Shown here one piece after another: positions 8,517 to 17,232 of a stretch of 35,987 nt of DNA. The DNA is taken from IMG/VR virus record IMGVR_UViG_3300037307_000890, positions 1 to 35,987 of that record. One strand, given 5' to 3'. Source of the DNA: a virus. Taxonomy: Duplodnaviria > Caudoviricetes. Each line of letters opens with the position of its first letter. Positions within the stretch are counted from its first letter, which is position 1. The position numbers were made by a program, and so were the translations under genes. The notes under the pieces are model-generated. The model ran no database searches. It was not told where the DNA came from and worked only from the letters and a program-made list of their open reading frames with translations.

Positions 8517-10058
8517 ATGGCCGCCCCTGGCAGCGTGGCCGTCGGCAGCCCCGAGTGGTGGCTCGACCGGCTCGGCCGCCGACTCACCGAGCGGGCTGGC
8601 CGAGCGACGTACACGCGGGTCGGCCGCGACGACGTGGGCACGGAGCGCCGCCTCGTCGACGCGACCGGGATGGCGCTCTACCAGGCCTACTACGAGGGCC
8701 GCCACCGCGAGACGTACAAGATCCGTCGGGTCATCGAGGCGTTCGGGCTGCGGATGCCGATCTACGTCAACTACGCGGGAGTGGTCGTCGACTCGATCAG
8801 CGAACGCCTGGGCGTCGATGGCTTCACGTTCGGTGGCGACGACCGCGCGAGCGAGGCCGCCTGGGAGATCTGGCAGGACAACAATCTCGACGCGGGCTTC
8901 AAGCGCGGCATGCGGAGTGGCCTCATCAAGGGCGAGTTCAGCCTCGTGCTGTGGCCCAACGAGGACTGGAGCCCGCGGATCTGGGTCGAGGACGGGGCCG
9001 AGGTCATCACGTCGGTCCACCCCGAGACCGGGGTGCGGCGGGCGGCGCTCAAGCGCTGGGCCGACGAGGACGAGCCGGGCGCGCTGTTCGCCACGCTGTT
9101 CCTGCCCGACGCCGTCTACAAGTACCGGACCCCGTCCACCGCCAACACCGCGGGTGCGGAGCTCGCGACCCTGGGCGGCACGGCCTGGGGGCGCCGGATC
9201 GTGCCGGGCGAGCCCTGGCCGCTGCCCAACCCGCTCGGGGTGGTGCCGGTCATCCCGTTCCCCAACAAGCCCGACCTCCACCTCGTCGGCGAGTCCGAGC
9301 TCGGCAAGGTCGTGCCGATCCAGGACGCGATCAACGCCAACATCGCGAACGTCATGCTGGCCGGGCTGTACGGGGCCTTCCGCCAGAAGGTCATGCTTAA
9401 CCTCGCGCTCGAGGTCGACCCGGCCACCGGCGCCCCGGTCCAGCCGTTCGATGTGGCCCTCGACTCGCTCATCACCGTGCCGCCGAATGCACCGGGCGAG
9501 CCCGAGCCGCGGCTTGCCGAGTTCAGCCAGACCGACCTCGCGGGCTACATCGCCGTCCACGAGACGCTCGTCCAGGCGATCGCGACCGCGAGCCGGTTCC
9601 CGCCCCACTACCTGCTCGGCACGCAGGGCACCTTCCCGTCCGGCGAGAGCCTCACCGCGGTCGAGCGCGGCATCAGCGCGGTCGCGGGCGAGCGGGGCGA
9701 CGACTGGAAGGACCCGCTCGAAGACGCCATGCGTCTCGCCTTCCGGATCAAGGCACGAGCGCCCGGCAACTCGGCCGCGGCCGCGGCCCGCTACGAGAAG
9801 TGGGCGGCGATGACCGGCGCCGAGGCCGCGTTCCGGAACCCCGAGACGAAGTCCGAGTCCCAGCACGTCGATGCCGTGACGAAGAAGAAGGACCTCGGCG
9901 TCCCGCGCCGCCAGCTGTGGACCGAGCTCGGCTACAGCCAGCAGCAGGTCCTCGACTGGGAGGCCGAGCTCGCGGCCGCGCCGCCGGAGCCACCTCCGCC
10001 CGCCATCCCCATCCCGAGGCCGATTGACACGCAAGGAGGCGCGCAGCCACCCTCATGA
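8517..10058 (+). CDS. Portal protein (SPP1 gp6-like, actinophage type)
   Basis: YYEG.H, NY..VVVDS..ERL...GF, WEIWQDNNLD, NPLGVVPVIPF.N, SGES; position after terminase. Confidence 0.9.
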   Translation: MAAPGSVAVGSPEWWLDRLGRRLTERAGRATYTRVGRDDVGTERRLVDATGMALYQAYYEGRHRETYKIRRVIEAFGLRMPIYVNYAGVVVDSISERLGVDGFTFGGDDRASEAAWEIWQDNNLDAGFKRGMRSGLIKGEFSLVLWPNEDWSPRIWVEDGAEVITSVHPETGVRRAALKRWADEDEPGALFATLFLPDAVYKYRTPSTANTAGAELATLGGTAWGRRIVPGEPWPLPNPLGVVPVIPFPNKPDLHLVGESELGKVVPIQDAINANIANVMLAGLYGAFRQKVMLNLALEVDPATGAPVQPFDVALDSLITVPPNAPGEPEPRLAEFSQTDLAGYIAVHETLVQAIATASRFPPHYLLGTQGTFPSGESLTAVERGISAVAGERGDDWKDPLEDAMRLAFRIKARAPGNSAAAAARYEKWAAMTGAEAAFRNPETKSESQHVDAVTKKKDLGVPRRQLWTELGYSQQQVLDWEAELAAAPPEPPPPAIPIPRPIDTQGGAQPPS

Positions 10059-10693
10059 GCGAACCGACTACTTCTGCGGGCGCAACGCCCGCCGCGGGAG
10101 GCGCAACGCCTCCCCAGACGCCGCCGGCGGCTAGCGCGCCGGCCTCGACCCCGCAGGCTCAGCCTGCGTCGACCTCGCCCGAGGATCCATCCGCGCAGGA
10201 CGTATCGGGCCTCGGCGACGCCGGCAAGCGGGCCCTCGACGCGATGAAGGCCGAGCGCAATGCCGCCCTCGCCGCATCGAAGGCCGCCGAGCGGGAGCTC
10301 GACCAGCTCCGGACAGCCTCGCTCTCCGAGAACGAGAAGGCGATCGCCGCCGCGCGCAAGGCCGGCGCCGACGAGGTCACCGACCGGCTCCACGCGAGGG
10401 TCCGCCGGGCCGAGACCAAGCTCGCGCTCGCCCGTGCGGGTGCGCTGCCCTCGCTCATCGAGGACCTCGCCAACGCCGCCGAGTTCGCGGCTCTCGTGGT
10501 CGACGACACCGACCAGGTGACGGGGCTCGACGACGCGCTCAAGGCACACCGCTCGCGGGTGCCCGATGCGTATCGGACGCCGACGACGCCCGGCCCGGGC
10601 TCGGTCGACGGCGGGCCTCGTGCGCCAGGAGCGCCGCGGGCCACCGATCTCGCGACCGCCGTCGCGGCCCGGCTCGGCGCACGAACCGGCTAA
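10055..10693 (+). CDS. Capsid scaffolding protein
   Basis: Low-complexity P/A/T N-terminus, LGDAGKRALDAMKAER coiled coil, SE.EKA; directly before the capsid gene. Confidence 0.8.
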   Translation: MSEPTTSAGATPAAGGATPPQTPPAASAPASTPQAQPASTSPEDPSAQDVSGLGDAGKRALDAMKAERNAALAASKAAERELDQLRTASLSENEKAIAAARKAGADEVTDRLHARVRRAETKLALARAGALPSLIEDLANAAEFAALVVDDTDQVTGLDDALKAHRSRVPDAYRTPTTPGPGSVDGGPRAPGAPRATDLATAVAARLGARTG

Positions 10694-10735
10694 CACCGCC
10701 CGCCCGAAGGGGAGGGCTCGAAAGGAGACCACCAC

Positions 10736-11716
10736 ATGCCCGTCACCCTCGCCGAGGCGGCACTCAACACCCAGGACGACGTCGACCGCCTCGTGATCGA
10801 CGAGTTCCGCAAGCAGTCGGCCCTGCTCGACAGCCTGCTGTTCCACGACACCGTCAACCCGATGGGCGGCGGCTCGACCCTCACCTACGGCTACCACCGG
10901 GTCATCACCGAGCGGGCCGCCGCCTTCCGCGCGATCAACGCGGAGTACACCCCGGCCGAGGCCGCCAAGGACCGCTTCACGGTCGACCTGCGGCCGCTCG
11001 GCGGCGCGTTCCAGATCGACCGCGTCCTGTCCGACCTCGCCCGCGGTGCCGAGACCGCGTTCCAGCTCGAGCAGCTGGCCAAGGCGACCCGGACCAAGTT
11101 CACCGACGAGCTCATCAACGGCGACACCGCGGTCAACCCCGACGGGTTCGACGGCCTCGATGCCGCGCTCACCGGGACGTCGACCGAGATCGCGGCCTCG
11201 ATGCTCCCGGGCGGTGGCGACTGGACCGACTTCGACGTCGCCGCCACCAGCTACATGAAGGCCCTCGACGCGATCGACCAATGGCTCTCCGTCCTCGACG
11301 GGCCGCCCTCGGTCATCGTCGGCAACAGCCTCGCGATCGCCAAGTTCCGCGCGGTCGCGCGGCGCGCGAATCAGTACGTCGAGCGCCCCGTCGAGGGGCT
11401 GACGAGTGGTTCGGGCGCGCCGATCCGTCGCGAGTTCTACGGCAACGCGCTGCTCGTGGACGCGGGCGCGAAGGCTGGCTCCAACACCCCCATCATCCCG
11501 GTCACCCTGGGACTCACCGACCTCTACGCCTACCGGGTCGGCCTCGACGGCTTCCACGGCGTCACGGTCTCGGGCCAGCCGCTCGTCCGGACCTGGCTGC
11601 CCGACTTCACCGAGGCGGGCGCCGTCAAGACGGGCGAGGTCGAGATGGGCCCGCTCGCGGTCGCGCTCAAGGCGACGAAGGCGGCCACGGTCCTCCGCGG
11701 CGTGCAGGTGGCGTGA
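10736..11716 (+). CDS. Major capsid protein (HK97 fold)
   Basis: Strong AAAGGAG RBS; 326 aa; VTLAEA, FRAINAEY, LGGAFQIDR, INGD...FDGL, ends VLRGV. Confidence 0.88.
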   Translation: MPVTLAEAALNTQDDVDRLVIDEFRKQSALLDSLLFHDTVNPMGGGSTLTYGYHRVITERAAAFRAINAEYTPAEAAKDRFTVDLRPLGGAFQIDRVLSDLARGAETAFQLEQLAKATRTKFTDELINGDTAVNPDGFDGLDAALTGTSTEIAASMLPGGGDWTDFDVAATSYMKALDAIDQWLSVLDGPPSVIVGNSLAIAKFRAVARRANQYVERPVEGLTSGSGAPIRREFYGNALLVDAGAKAGSNTPIIPVTLGLTDLYAYRVGLDGFHGVTVSGQPLVRTWLPDFTEAGAVKTGEVEMGPLAVALKATKAATVLRGVQVA

Positions 11717-11958
11717 TGGCCACCCGCACGGTCACCGCGCCCGACCCGGGCTTCGGTGGAGCCCGGGCCGGCGTCGTGTTTCGCGACGGACGGGGCGAGG
11801 TCGACGCCGACGACGCCCCGGCCCTCGCCTACTTCGAGCGTCATGGCTACGCCGTCGACACCCCATCGCCTGCGCGGCGAGGCCGGCCGACGGCGAAGGC
11901 TCCCGAGGCCGAAGCCGCGGAGCCCGCCGAGGCGGATCCGGCGGACGGAGCCGCATGA
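11716..11958 (+). CDS. Small virion/head-associated hypothetical protein
   Basis: TGATG coupling; GVVF.DG...ALAYF.RHGY.V motif common after capsid genes. Confidence 0.7.
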   Translation: MATRTVTAPDPGFGGARAGVVFRDGRGEVDADDAPALAYFERHGYAVDTPSPARRGRPTAKAPEAEAAEPAEADPADGAA

Positions 11959-12503
11959 CCCTGCTCGACCCGGACCACGTGGCCGCCATGATGTCCCCGG
12001 GCATCGAGGCGGCCGACCTCACGCTCGTCATCGAGCGCGAGGAAGACTGGCTTGCCAACGACCCGGTCGATGGGATCGGCCAGTTGGTCGGCGAGCGGGT
12101 CGACACAGTCTGGGTCACGCCGGGCGACGACCGGCCCCTGCTCCTGCGCCGCCCGACCACCGCGGTCGAGGTCGTGGACGGCGGGCTCGCGCTCGCCGCC
12201 GACGGCATCCGGCTGCTCGGCGGCACGCGGGTCGAGCCGGTCGGTGCCTGGCGCGGCCCCACGGTCACGATCACCTCCACGCCCAGTGATCAGTCCGCGG
12301 TTGAGCGGGTGCTCCTCGAGCTCGTCCGCCTGACGCTCTCGGCGAGCCCCTACCAGCAGGAGTCGTCGGACGGCCACGCCTACACGCGCCCGGCCGACCA
12401 GGGCGTGACTCGCTCGCGGCTGGCGCGGTCACTGTGGCCGCACCGGGGCGCGATAAGCACGCGGCTCCGCACCGGCCTCGAGGCAGGACGGGTAACCGCA
12501 TGA
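11955..12503 (+). CDS. Head-tail adaptor-like protein
   Basis: ATGA coupling; position; C-terminal V..V.LELV...QQES.DG.AYT pattern. Confidence 0.65.
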   Translation: MTLLDPDHVAAMMSPGIEAADLTLVIEREEDWLANDPVDGIGQLVGERVDTVWVTPGDDRPLLLRRPTTAVEVVDGGLALAADGIRLLGGTRVEPVGAWRGPTVTITSTPSDQSAVERVLLELVRLTLSASPYQQESSDGHAYTRPADQGVTRSRLARSLWPHRGAISTRLRTGLEAGRVTA

Positions 12504-12928
12504 CTGGTGTCTTCGTCCCGATCGTCGACGCCGTGCGCGCCCTCCTGCCGCTGCCGACCGGCTTCACCGCGGACGACGCCGCCACCGAGCCGACGCTGCC
12601 GAAGCCGCGGCGGCTGTACGTCTGGCCGCGCCGCCTCGCGCCCCAGCGGGTCGAGGAAGCGAACGGCCGGTTCGACGAGGCAGGCGTCCGGCTGCGCGTC
12701 CTCTACACGGTCGGCGCGAAGGGCGAGCCCCGGGCCCAGCGCAACGACCGGGCCGTGACCCGGGCCCTCGACGCGATCGTGCCCGACGTAGTCGCGGCGA
12801 TCGCCGCACATCGGCGCGGCGACCTGTGGTGGGACCTGTTCATCGAGAGCGTGGTCCCCGATGCCGTCCGGACCGCGGACGTGCGCGGTCTGGGCTTCGA
12901 CCTCGTCGTCCGGATGGAGGCGGCCTGA
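12500..12928 (+). CDS. Putative tail terminator/connector protein
   Basis: ATGA coupling; 142 aa; position in the neck region. Confidence 0.55.
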   Translation: MTGVFVPIVDAVRALLPLPTGFTADDAATEPTLPKPRRLYVWPRRLAPQRVEEANGRFDEAGVRLRVLYTVGAKGEPRAQRNDRAVTRALDAIVPDVVAAIAAHRRGDLWWDLFIESVVPDAVRTADVRGLGFDLVVRMEAA

Positions 12929-13146
12929 TGACTAGCGCCACGGCGCGCTTCCGCTCGCCCCGCCAGCCCGCCCACTACGTCCGGGCCGGTCGCGGCTACA
13001 AGTTCGTCGGCGGCCGCCTGGCGGTCAGCGCCTCCGATGCGGAGCACATCCGAGCCTACGCGCTGGCCCAGCCGTCGCTCGGGATCGTCGAGGAGCCCAC
13101 GCAGCGTGCCCCGCGCAAGGCCAAGGCATCGGAGCCCGAGCCGTGA
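12928..13146 (+). CDS. Small hypothetical neck-region protein
   Basis: GGAGG RBS; coupled at both ends (TGATG, GTGA). Confidence 0.6.
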   Translation: MTSATARFRSPRQPAHYVRAGRGYKFVGGRLAVSASDAEHIRAYALAQPSLGIVEEPTQRAPRKAKASEPEP

Positions 13147-13496
13147 GCGGCCTGCGGATCACGCGCGTCGCCTGGGACGCCGACCAGGCTCTCGCGGCCG
13201 GCGAGCAGCTCGGCCGACAGGCGACCGAGCGCGGCGGGGAGCACCTCCTTGCCGCAGCCGGACGACGCGTCCCATATCGGACCGGTGCGTTGGCCGCCAG
13301 TGCTCGGCTCGTCGCCGGCGAGGACGGTGTCGCGGTCGGCTACACGGCCCGCCATGCCCGGTTCGTCCACGCACATCCCGAGTGGCAGTTCGCCGGCGGC
13401 CGCTCGGGTCGCTGGCTCGAGGAGTCCCTCGCCGCCGAGGCCGGCGCGACGGGCCAGCTGATCGCCGACACACTCCGCTCGGGCTGGCCGGGCTGA
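13143..13496 (+). CDS. Tail completion/minor capsid protein (HK97 gp10-like)
   Basis: VP.RTGAL..S, V.YTA.HA..VH, WLE motifs. Confidence 0.75.
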   Translation: MSGLRITRVAWDADQALAAGEQLGRQATERGGEHLLAAAGRRVPYRTGALAASARLVAGEDGVAVGYTARHARFVHAHPEWQFAGGRSGRWLEESLAAEAGATGQLIADTLRSGWPG

Positions 13497-13514
13497 GAGG
13501 AAAGGAGACCGACC

Positions 13515-13955
13515 ATGGCTGTGACCAAGATCCCGGCCCGCGACTTCACGATCGAGATCGACTCGGCCTACCCGGGCACGCCGGCGTGGACGCCGATCGG
13601 CGGCCTCAACTCGCTCACTCCCTCGCCCTCGACGAACCGGGCCGATACGACCGACTTTGACTCCAACGGCGCCGCTGAGCACCTGGTCATGGAACGCGGC
13701 CTCGAGTTCACGATCGCGGGCCACCACCTCGAAGACGCCCTGACCGGCGACCGCGACCCGGGGCAGGCGGCGGTGGAGGCGCTGGCCCGAGCGGTCGGCC
13801 TGGCGGCCCTGGGCTCCTTCCGGGTGACGAGCCCCGGCGGCAACGTCGATTCGTTCCTCGCCTCGGCCGAGGTCACGACCGCGGGCGGCGGCCACAACGA
13901 CCCCGCGGCGTGGTCGGCCAAGCTCACGATCTCGGGCGCGGTCACGCACGCCTGA
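13515..13955 (+). CDS. Major tail tube protein
   Basis: AAAGGAG RBS; W..IGGL.S, DTTDFDS.G, RDPGQ, ISG end. Confidence 0.85.
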   Translation: MAVTKIPARDFTIEIDSAYPGTPAWTPIGGLNSLTPSPSTNRADTTDFDSNGAAEHLVMERGLEFTIAGHHLEDALTGDRDPGQAAVEALARAVGLAALGSFRVTSPGGNVDSFLASAEVTTAGGGHNDPAAWSAKLTISGAVTHA

Positions 13956-14323
13956 TGGCCGCGCCTGACCCGCTCCTCATCGACTTCGACGCCTACCGCG
14001 CCGAGCAGCAGGCGCGCCCGCTCCTCATCCGGGTCGGCGGCCAGGACTACGCCTTGCCGTCGAGTCCGCCCGCATCGGTCGCGCTCCACGGGATCCGCCT
14101 GGCCCGCAGCGGCGCGACGAGCGTGGCGGCGGACGAGGTCGCCAACCTCGCCGAGGGCCTGTTCGGCACAGCCGTGCTCGACGAGCTCGTGCGGGTCCAT
14201 CGGCTCACGGTCGTCGAGCTCCAGGCGCTCATCAGCCGGGTGATGGATGCCTACGCCGCCGAGGCCAGCCCACCCCCAAACCGGGCGAGCCGGCGGACGC
14301 GGCGCCGGACCCCTTCGACCTGA
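13955..14323 (+). CDS. Tail assembly chaperone (gpG-like)
   Basis: Between tail tube and tape measure genes; IDFDA; ends PPNRASRR with a slippery site. Confidence 0.8.
   Translation: MAAPDPLLIDFDAYRAEQQARPLLIRVGGQDYALPSSPPASVALHGIRLARSGATSVAADEVANLAEGLFGTAVLDELVRVHRLTVVELQALISRVMDAYAAEASPPPNRASRRTRRRTPST
14275..14281 (+). other. Programmed -1 ribosomal frameshift site C CCA AAC
   Basis: X XXY YYZ heptamer in the chaperone frame; the -1 frame is open from 14278 (KPGEPADAAPDPFDL) into the next ORF. Confidence 0.75.
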
Positions 14324-14577
14324 TGGCGAGCTGGGCGCTCGTCGAGGCGGACTTCATGCGCGAGTACGGGATCGACCTCGTGACCGAATTGTCGCGCCTC
14401 ACGCTGCGCCGGTTCATGGTCCTCGTCCGCGGGCTCGGGCCTGGCAGCGCGGTCGCCGCCCGCCAGGCAGCGCGCCACTACATGGGTGGCGGGGCGTCGC
14501 GGATGGCGCGGACCCCGGCTGAGTCGGAGGCAGCACTCGCCGGCTTCTTCGGCCGGCCGCCCGGGCGGGTGAACTAG
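14278..14577 (+). CDS. Tail assembly chaperone extension (gpT-like), probably made as a gpGT fusion
   Basis: FDL..W..VEADF.REYGIDL......L..RRF..L motif begins upstream of the first ATG (14323), which has no clear RBS. Confidence 0.75.
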   Translation, partial: KPGEPADAAPDPFDLMASWALVEADFMREYGIDLVTELSRLTLRRFMVLVRGLGPGSAVAARQAARHYMGGGASRMARTPAESEAALAGFFGRPPGRVN

Positions 14578-14579
14578 CC

Positions 14580-16337
14580 GTGGCCAGCGGCATCTCGGTC
14601 GGCGCGCTGTACGCGACCCTGCGGCTCGATCGGAGCAAGTTCGATGCCGACGTCCGGGGCTCGAAGGGCCTGTTCGGCAGCCTCGCCGATGCCGCCAAGA
14701 GCTCCGCCCTCCTCATCGCCGGCGCGCTCGCGACCGCAGCCGCCGGGGTCATTGCCTTCGGGATCGCCTCGATCGGCAACGCCCAGGACCAGGAGAAGGC
14801 CTGGGGCCGAGTGGCTGCCGTGTTCGGCGCCTCGGGCGACGCCGTCAACCGCTGGGCGGAGCAGTCCAGCCGCGCGCTCGGGGTCGCCGACGACCAGCTC
14901 GAGATGAGCGTCGCCAACTTCGCCGAGTGGGCCAAGAACGCGGGCGTGTCGACCGCCGCCGCCACGGAGGCCGCACAGGCGATGGCCGTGCGAGCGAGCG
15001 AGATCTCGCTCGCGACCGGCAAGAGCTACGACGAGGTCTTCGGCGCGCTCCAGAAGGGCGCCTCGGGGTCGCTCAAGGGCCTGAAAGAGTTCGGCGTCGC
15101 GATCGACACGAACGCGATCAAGCAGCAGGCCCTCACGATGGGTCTGTGGGACGGCACGGGAGCCCTCGACGCCAGCGCCGCGGCGCAAGCCCGGTCGGCG
15201 CTGATCCTGCAGCAGACGACCGCCTACCAGGAACAGGCCGCCGGCATGACCGGCACCCTCGCCGACAGCCAGCGCAAGTTCGGCGTCATCGTCGATGAGG
15301 TCCAGGACACCGTCGGCGCCGCCTTCATGAACGTCGCCGAGGTCGTCCTGCCGGCCTTCCTCGAGGCGTTCACCGCGGTGTCCGACTGGGTCACCTCGGT
15401 CATCCCGACCGTCCAGGCGACGCTCGGTGCGTTCCTCGATGGCACGAGCGGCGGGATGGCGGTCATCACCGACACGATCCTCCCGGCGCTCGGTACCGCG
15501 TTCGAGTGGCTGACGACCAACATCCTGCCGCCCCTGCAGAGCATCTTCGCGACCTGGGCCGAGAACGTCCTGCCGGCCCTGCAGCGCGCCTTCGCCTTCG
15601 TGCAGGGCTGGATCTCCGACAACTGGCCGCTCATCAGCAAGGTCGTGGGCCAGGTCGCGGGCTTCGTGAAGAGCGCGATGGACGCCGTCGCCGAGGTGTT
15701 CAAGGCCGTGATGCCGGTGATCACGAAGGTCGCCGACGTCGCGTTTCCGGTGGTCGGCGCCGCCGCGAGCGTGCTGCTCACCGTGATGTCGACCGTGTTC
15801 GACGCGATCGGCGTGGTGTGGCAGACCGCCTGGGGCGCGGCGACCGCGGTCGCCAAGGGCATCGGGGATGCGTTCGAGGGTCTGCGGCGCGGGATCAAGG
15901 TCGTGTGGGACGGGATCACGGGGATCGTCAAGGGCGCGATCAACACGGTCATCGACGCCGTCAACGGGATGATCCGGGCGCTCAACGGCATCCAGATCCA
16001 CATCCCGAAGGTGGGCGTCGGGGACGTGGCGGTGGGTCCGTTCGACTGGAACGGGCTCAACCTCGGCACGATCCCGCGGCTCGCCACCGGCACCCGCGAC
16101 TTCGGCGGCGGCTGGGCGATGCTCGGCGAACGGGGACCGGAGCTCGCCCGCCTGCCGCGGGGCACCGACGTCTTCACGGCTGCCCAGAGCCGCGACCTGC
16201 TCGCCGGCGGACCCGGTCGCGCAGGCCCGCTCATCGGCAGCCAGACGATCTACGGCGTCCAGCCCGGCGACGTGGAGCGCGAGACCCGCCGCGCCCTCCG
16301 GCGCGCCGCGCTCGCCTGGTCGCTCGGGGGCACCTGA
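14580..16337 (+). CDS. Tape measure protein
   Basis: VGALYATL.LD N-terminus, Ala-rich amphipathic repeats with periodic W/F, IPRLATG...GERGPEL C-terminus; 585 aa. Confidence 0.9.
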   Translation: MASGISVGALYATLRLDRSKFDADVRGSKGLFGSLADAAKSSALLIAGALATAAAGVIAFGIASIGNAQDQEKAWGRVAAVFGASGDAVNRWAEQSSRALGVADDQLEMSVANFAEWAKNAGVSTAAATEAAQAMAVRASEISLATGKSYDEVFGALQKGASGSLKGLKEFGVAIDTNAIKQQALTMGLWDGTGALDASAAAQARSALILQQTTAYQEQAAGMTGTLADSQRKFGVIVDEVQDTVGAAFMNVAEVVLPAFLEAFTAVSDWVTSVIPTVQATLGAFLDGTSGGMAVITDTILPALGTAFEWLTTNILPPLQSIFATWAENVLPALQRAFAFVQGWISDNWPLISKVVGQVAGFVKSAMDAVAEVFKAVMPVITKVADVAFPVVGAAASVLLTVMSTVFDAIGVVWQTAWGAATAVAKGIGDAFEGLRRGIKVVWDGITGIVKGAINTVIDAVNGMIRALNGIQIHIPKVGVGDVAVGPFDWNGLNLGTIPRLATGTRDFGGGWAMLGERGPELARLPRGTDVFTAAQSRDLLAGGPGRAGPLIGSQTIYGVQPGDVERETRRALRRAALAWSLGGT

Positions 16338-16339
16338 CG

Positions 16340-17230
16340 GTGGCCACCCTCGTCGAGTGGTTCCCGGCCGACGGGTCGGATCCCGTCCGGTTCACGACCT
16401 GCCCCACGGCGCCGCTCCGTCTGCTGCGCCTCGAGGGGACGGAACCCGTGGCGGTCGAGCCCGTGACGATCAAGTCACCCAACCAGCCCGGTGCGACCGC
16501 GGTCGACGTCGTCGTGCCGCCCCGCGTCGTGACGCTCGGCGGGCTCCTCCAGTCGGCCACCCCGGCCGCGGCCTGGGACCTGCGCGCGGGCCTGCTGCGC
16601 TCGCTCGCCCAGCAGCCGACGCGCCTGGGCGAAGCGTACGGCCTCGGGCGCCTGCGGGTCACCCTCGACGGCCGCCAGCCGCTCGAGCTCCGGGCACTGC
16701 CGCGCAGCTCGTCGGTCGAGCGCCCCACCGGCACCAAGGCGATCGCCCCGTTCGACATCGAGTGGCTCGCCCCCGATCCCTACTGGCGCGCCACCGCGGA
16801 CACGCAGGTGCTGTTCACGGGCGCCGGCGGCTTCGGATTCGCCGTGGAGTTTCCGCTCGAGATGACCTCGAACAACGTCGAGGTCGAGATCGCCAACCTC
16901 GGCGACGTGGACGCGCCGATCACCGCGCGCCTGTACGGCGACGTCACAACCGCCCGCATCCGCAACCTCACCACCGGCGAGGAGCTCGAGCTCAGCGGGC
17001 AGATCAACGCCGGCGAGTACGTCGAGGTCAGCACCGCCTTCGGCGACAAGCGGGTCGAGCAGGTCGTCATCGCGACCGGTGCGCGGACGGCGGTCATGGA
17101 CCGGATCAACCTCGCCAAGCCCGACTTCTGGGCCCTTCGCCCGGGGCTCAACGTCGTGACCTTCGAGGCGGACGTCAACGTGAGCGGCCGGGCCGAGCTC
17201 TACTGGCGCCAGCGCCAGAGCGGGTTCTAG
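16340..17230 (+). CDS. Distal tail protein (Dit-like)
   Basis: GTG 16340; PR.VTL, APDPYW, F..FP, N.GDVDAP, FW.L.PG.N. Confidence 0.85.
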   Translation: MATLVEWFPADGSDPVRFTTCPTAPLRLLRLEGTEPVAVEPVTIKSPNQPGATAVDVVVPPRVVTLGGLLQSATPAAAWDLRAGLLRSLAQQPTRLGEAYGLGRLRVTLDGRQPLELRALPRSSSVERPTGTKAIAPFDIEWLAPDPYWRATADTQVLFTGAGGFGFAVEFPLEMTSNNVEVEIANLGDVDAPITARLYGDVTTARIRNLTTGEELELSGQINAGEYVEVSTAFGDKRVEQVVIATGARTAVMDRINLAKPDFWALRPGLNVVTFEADVNVSGRAELYWRQRQSGF

Positions 17231-17232
17231 CC

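Noticed and set aside
8517-10693. SPP1-like portal with P27/HNH packaging and no MuF or protease gene
   Set aside because: Such mosaic head modules occur in actinophages; not distinctive alone
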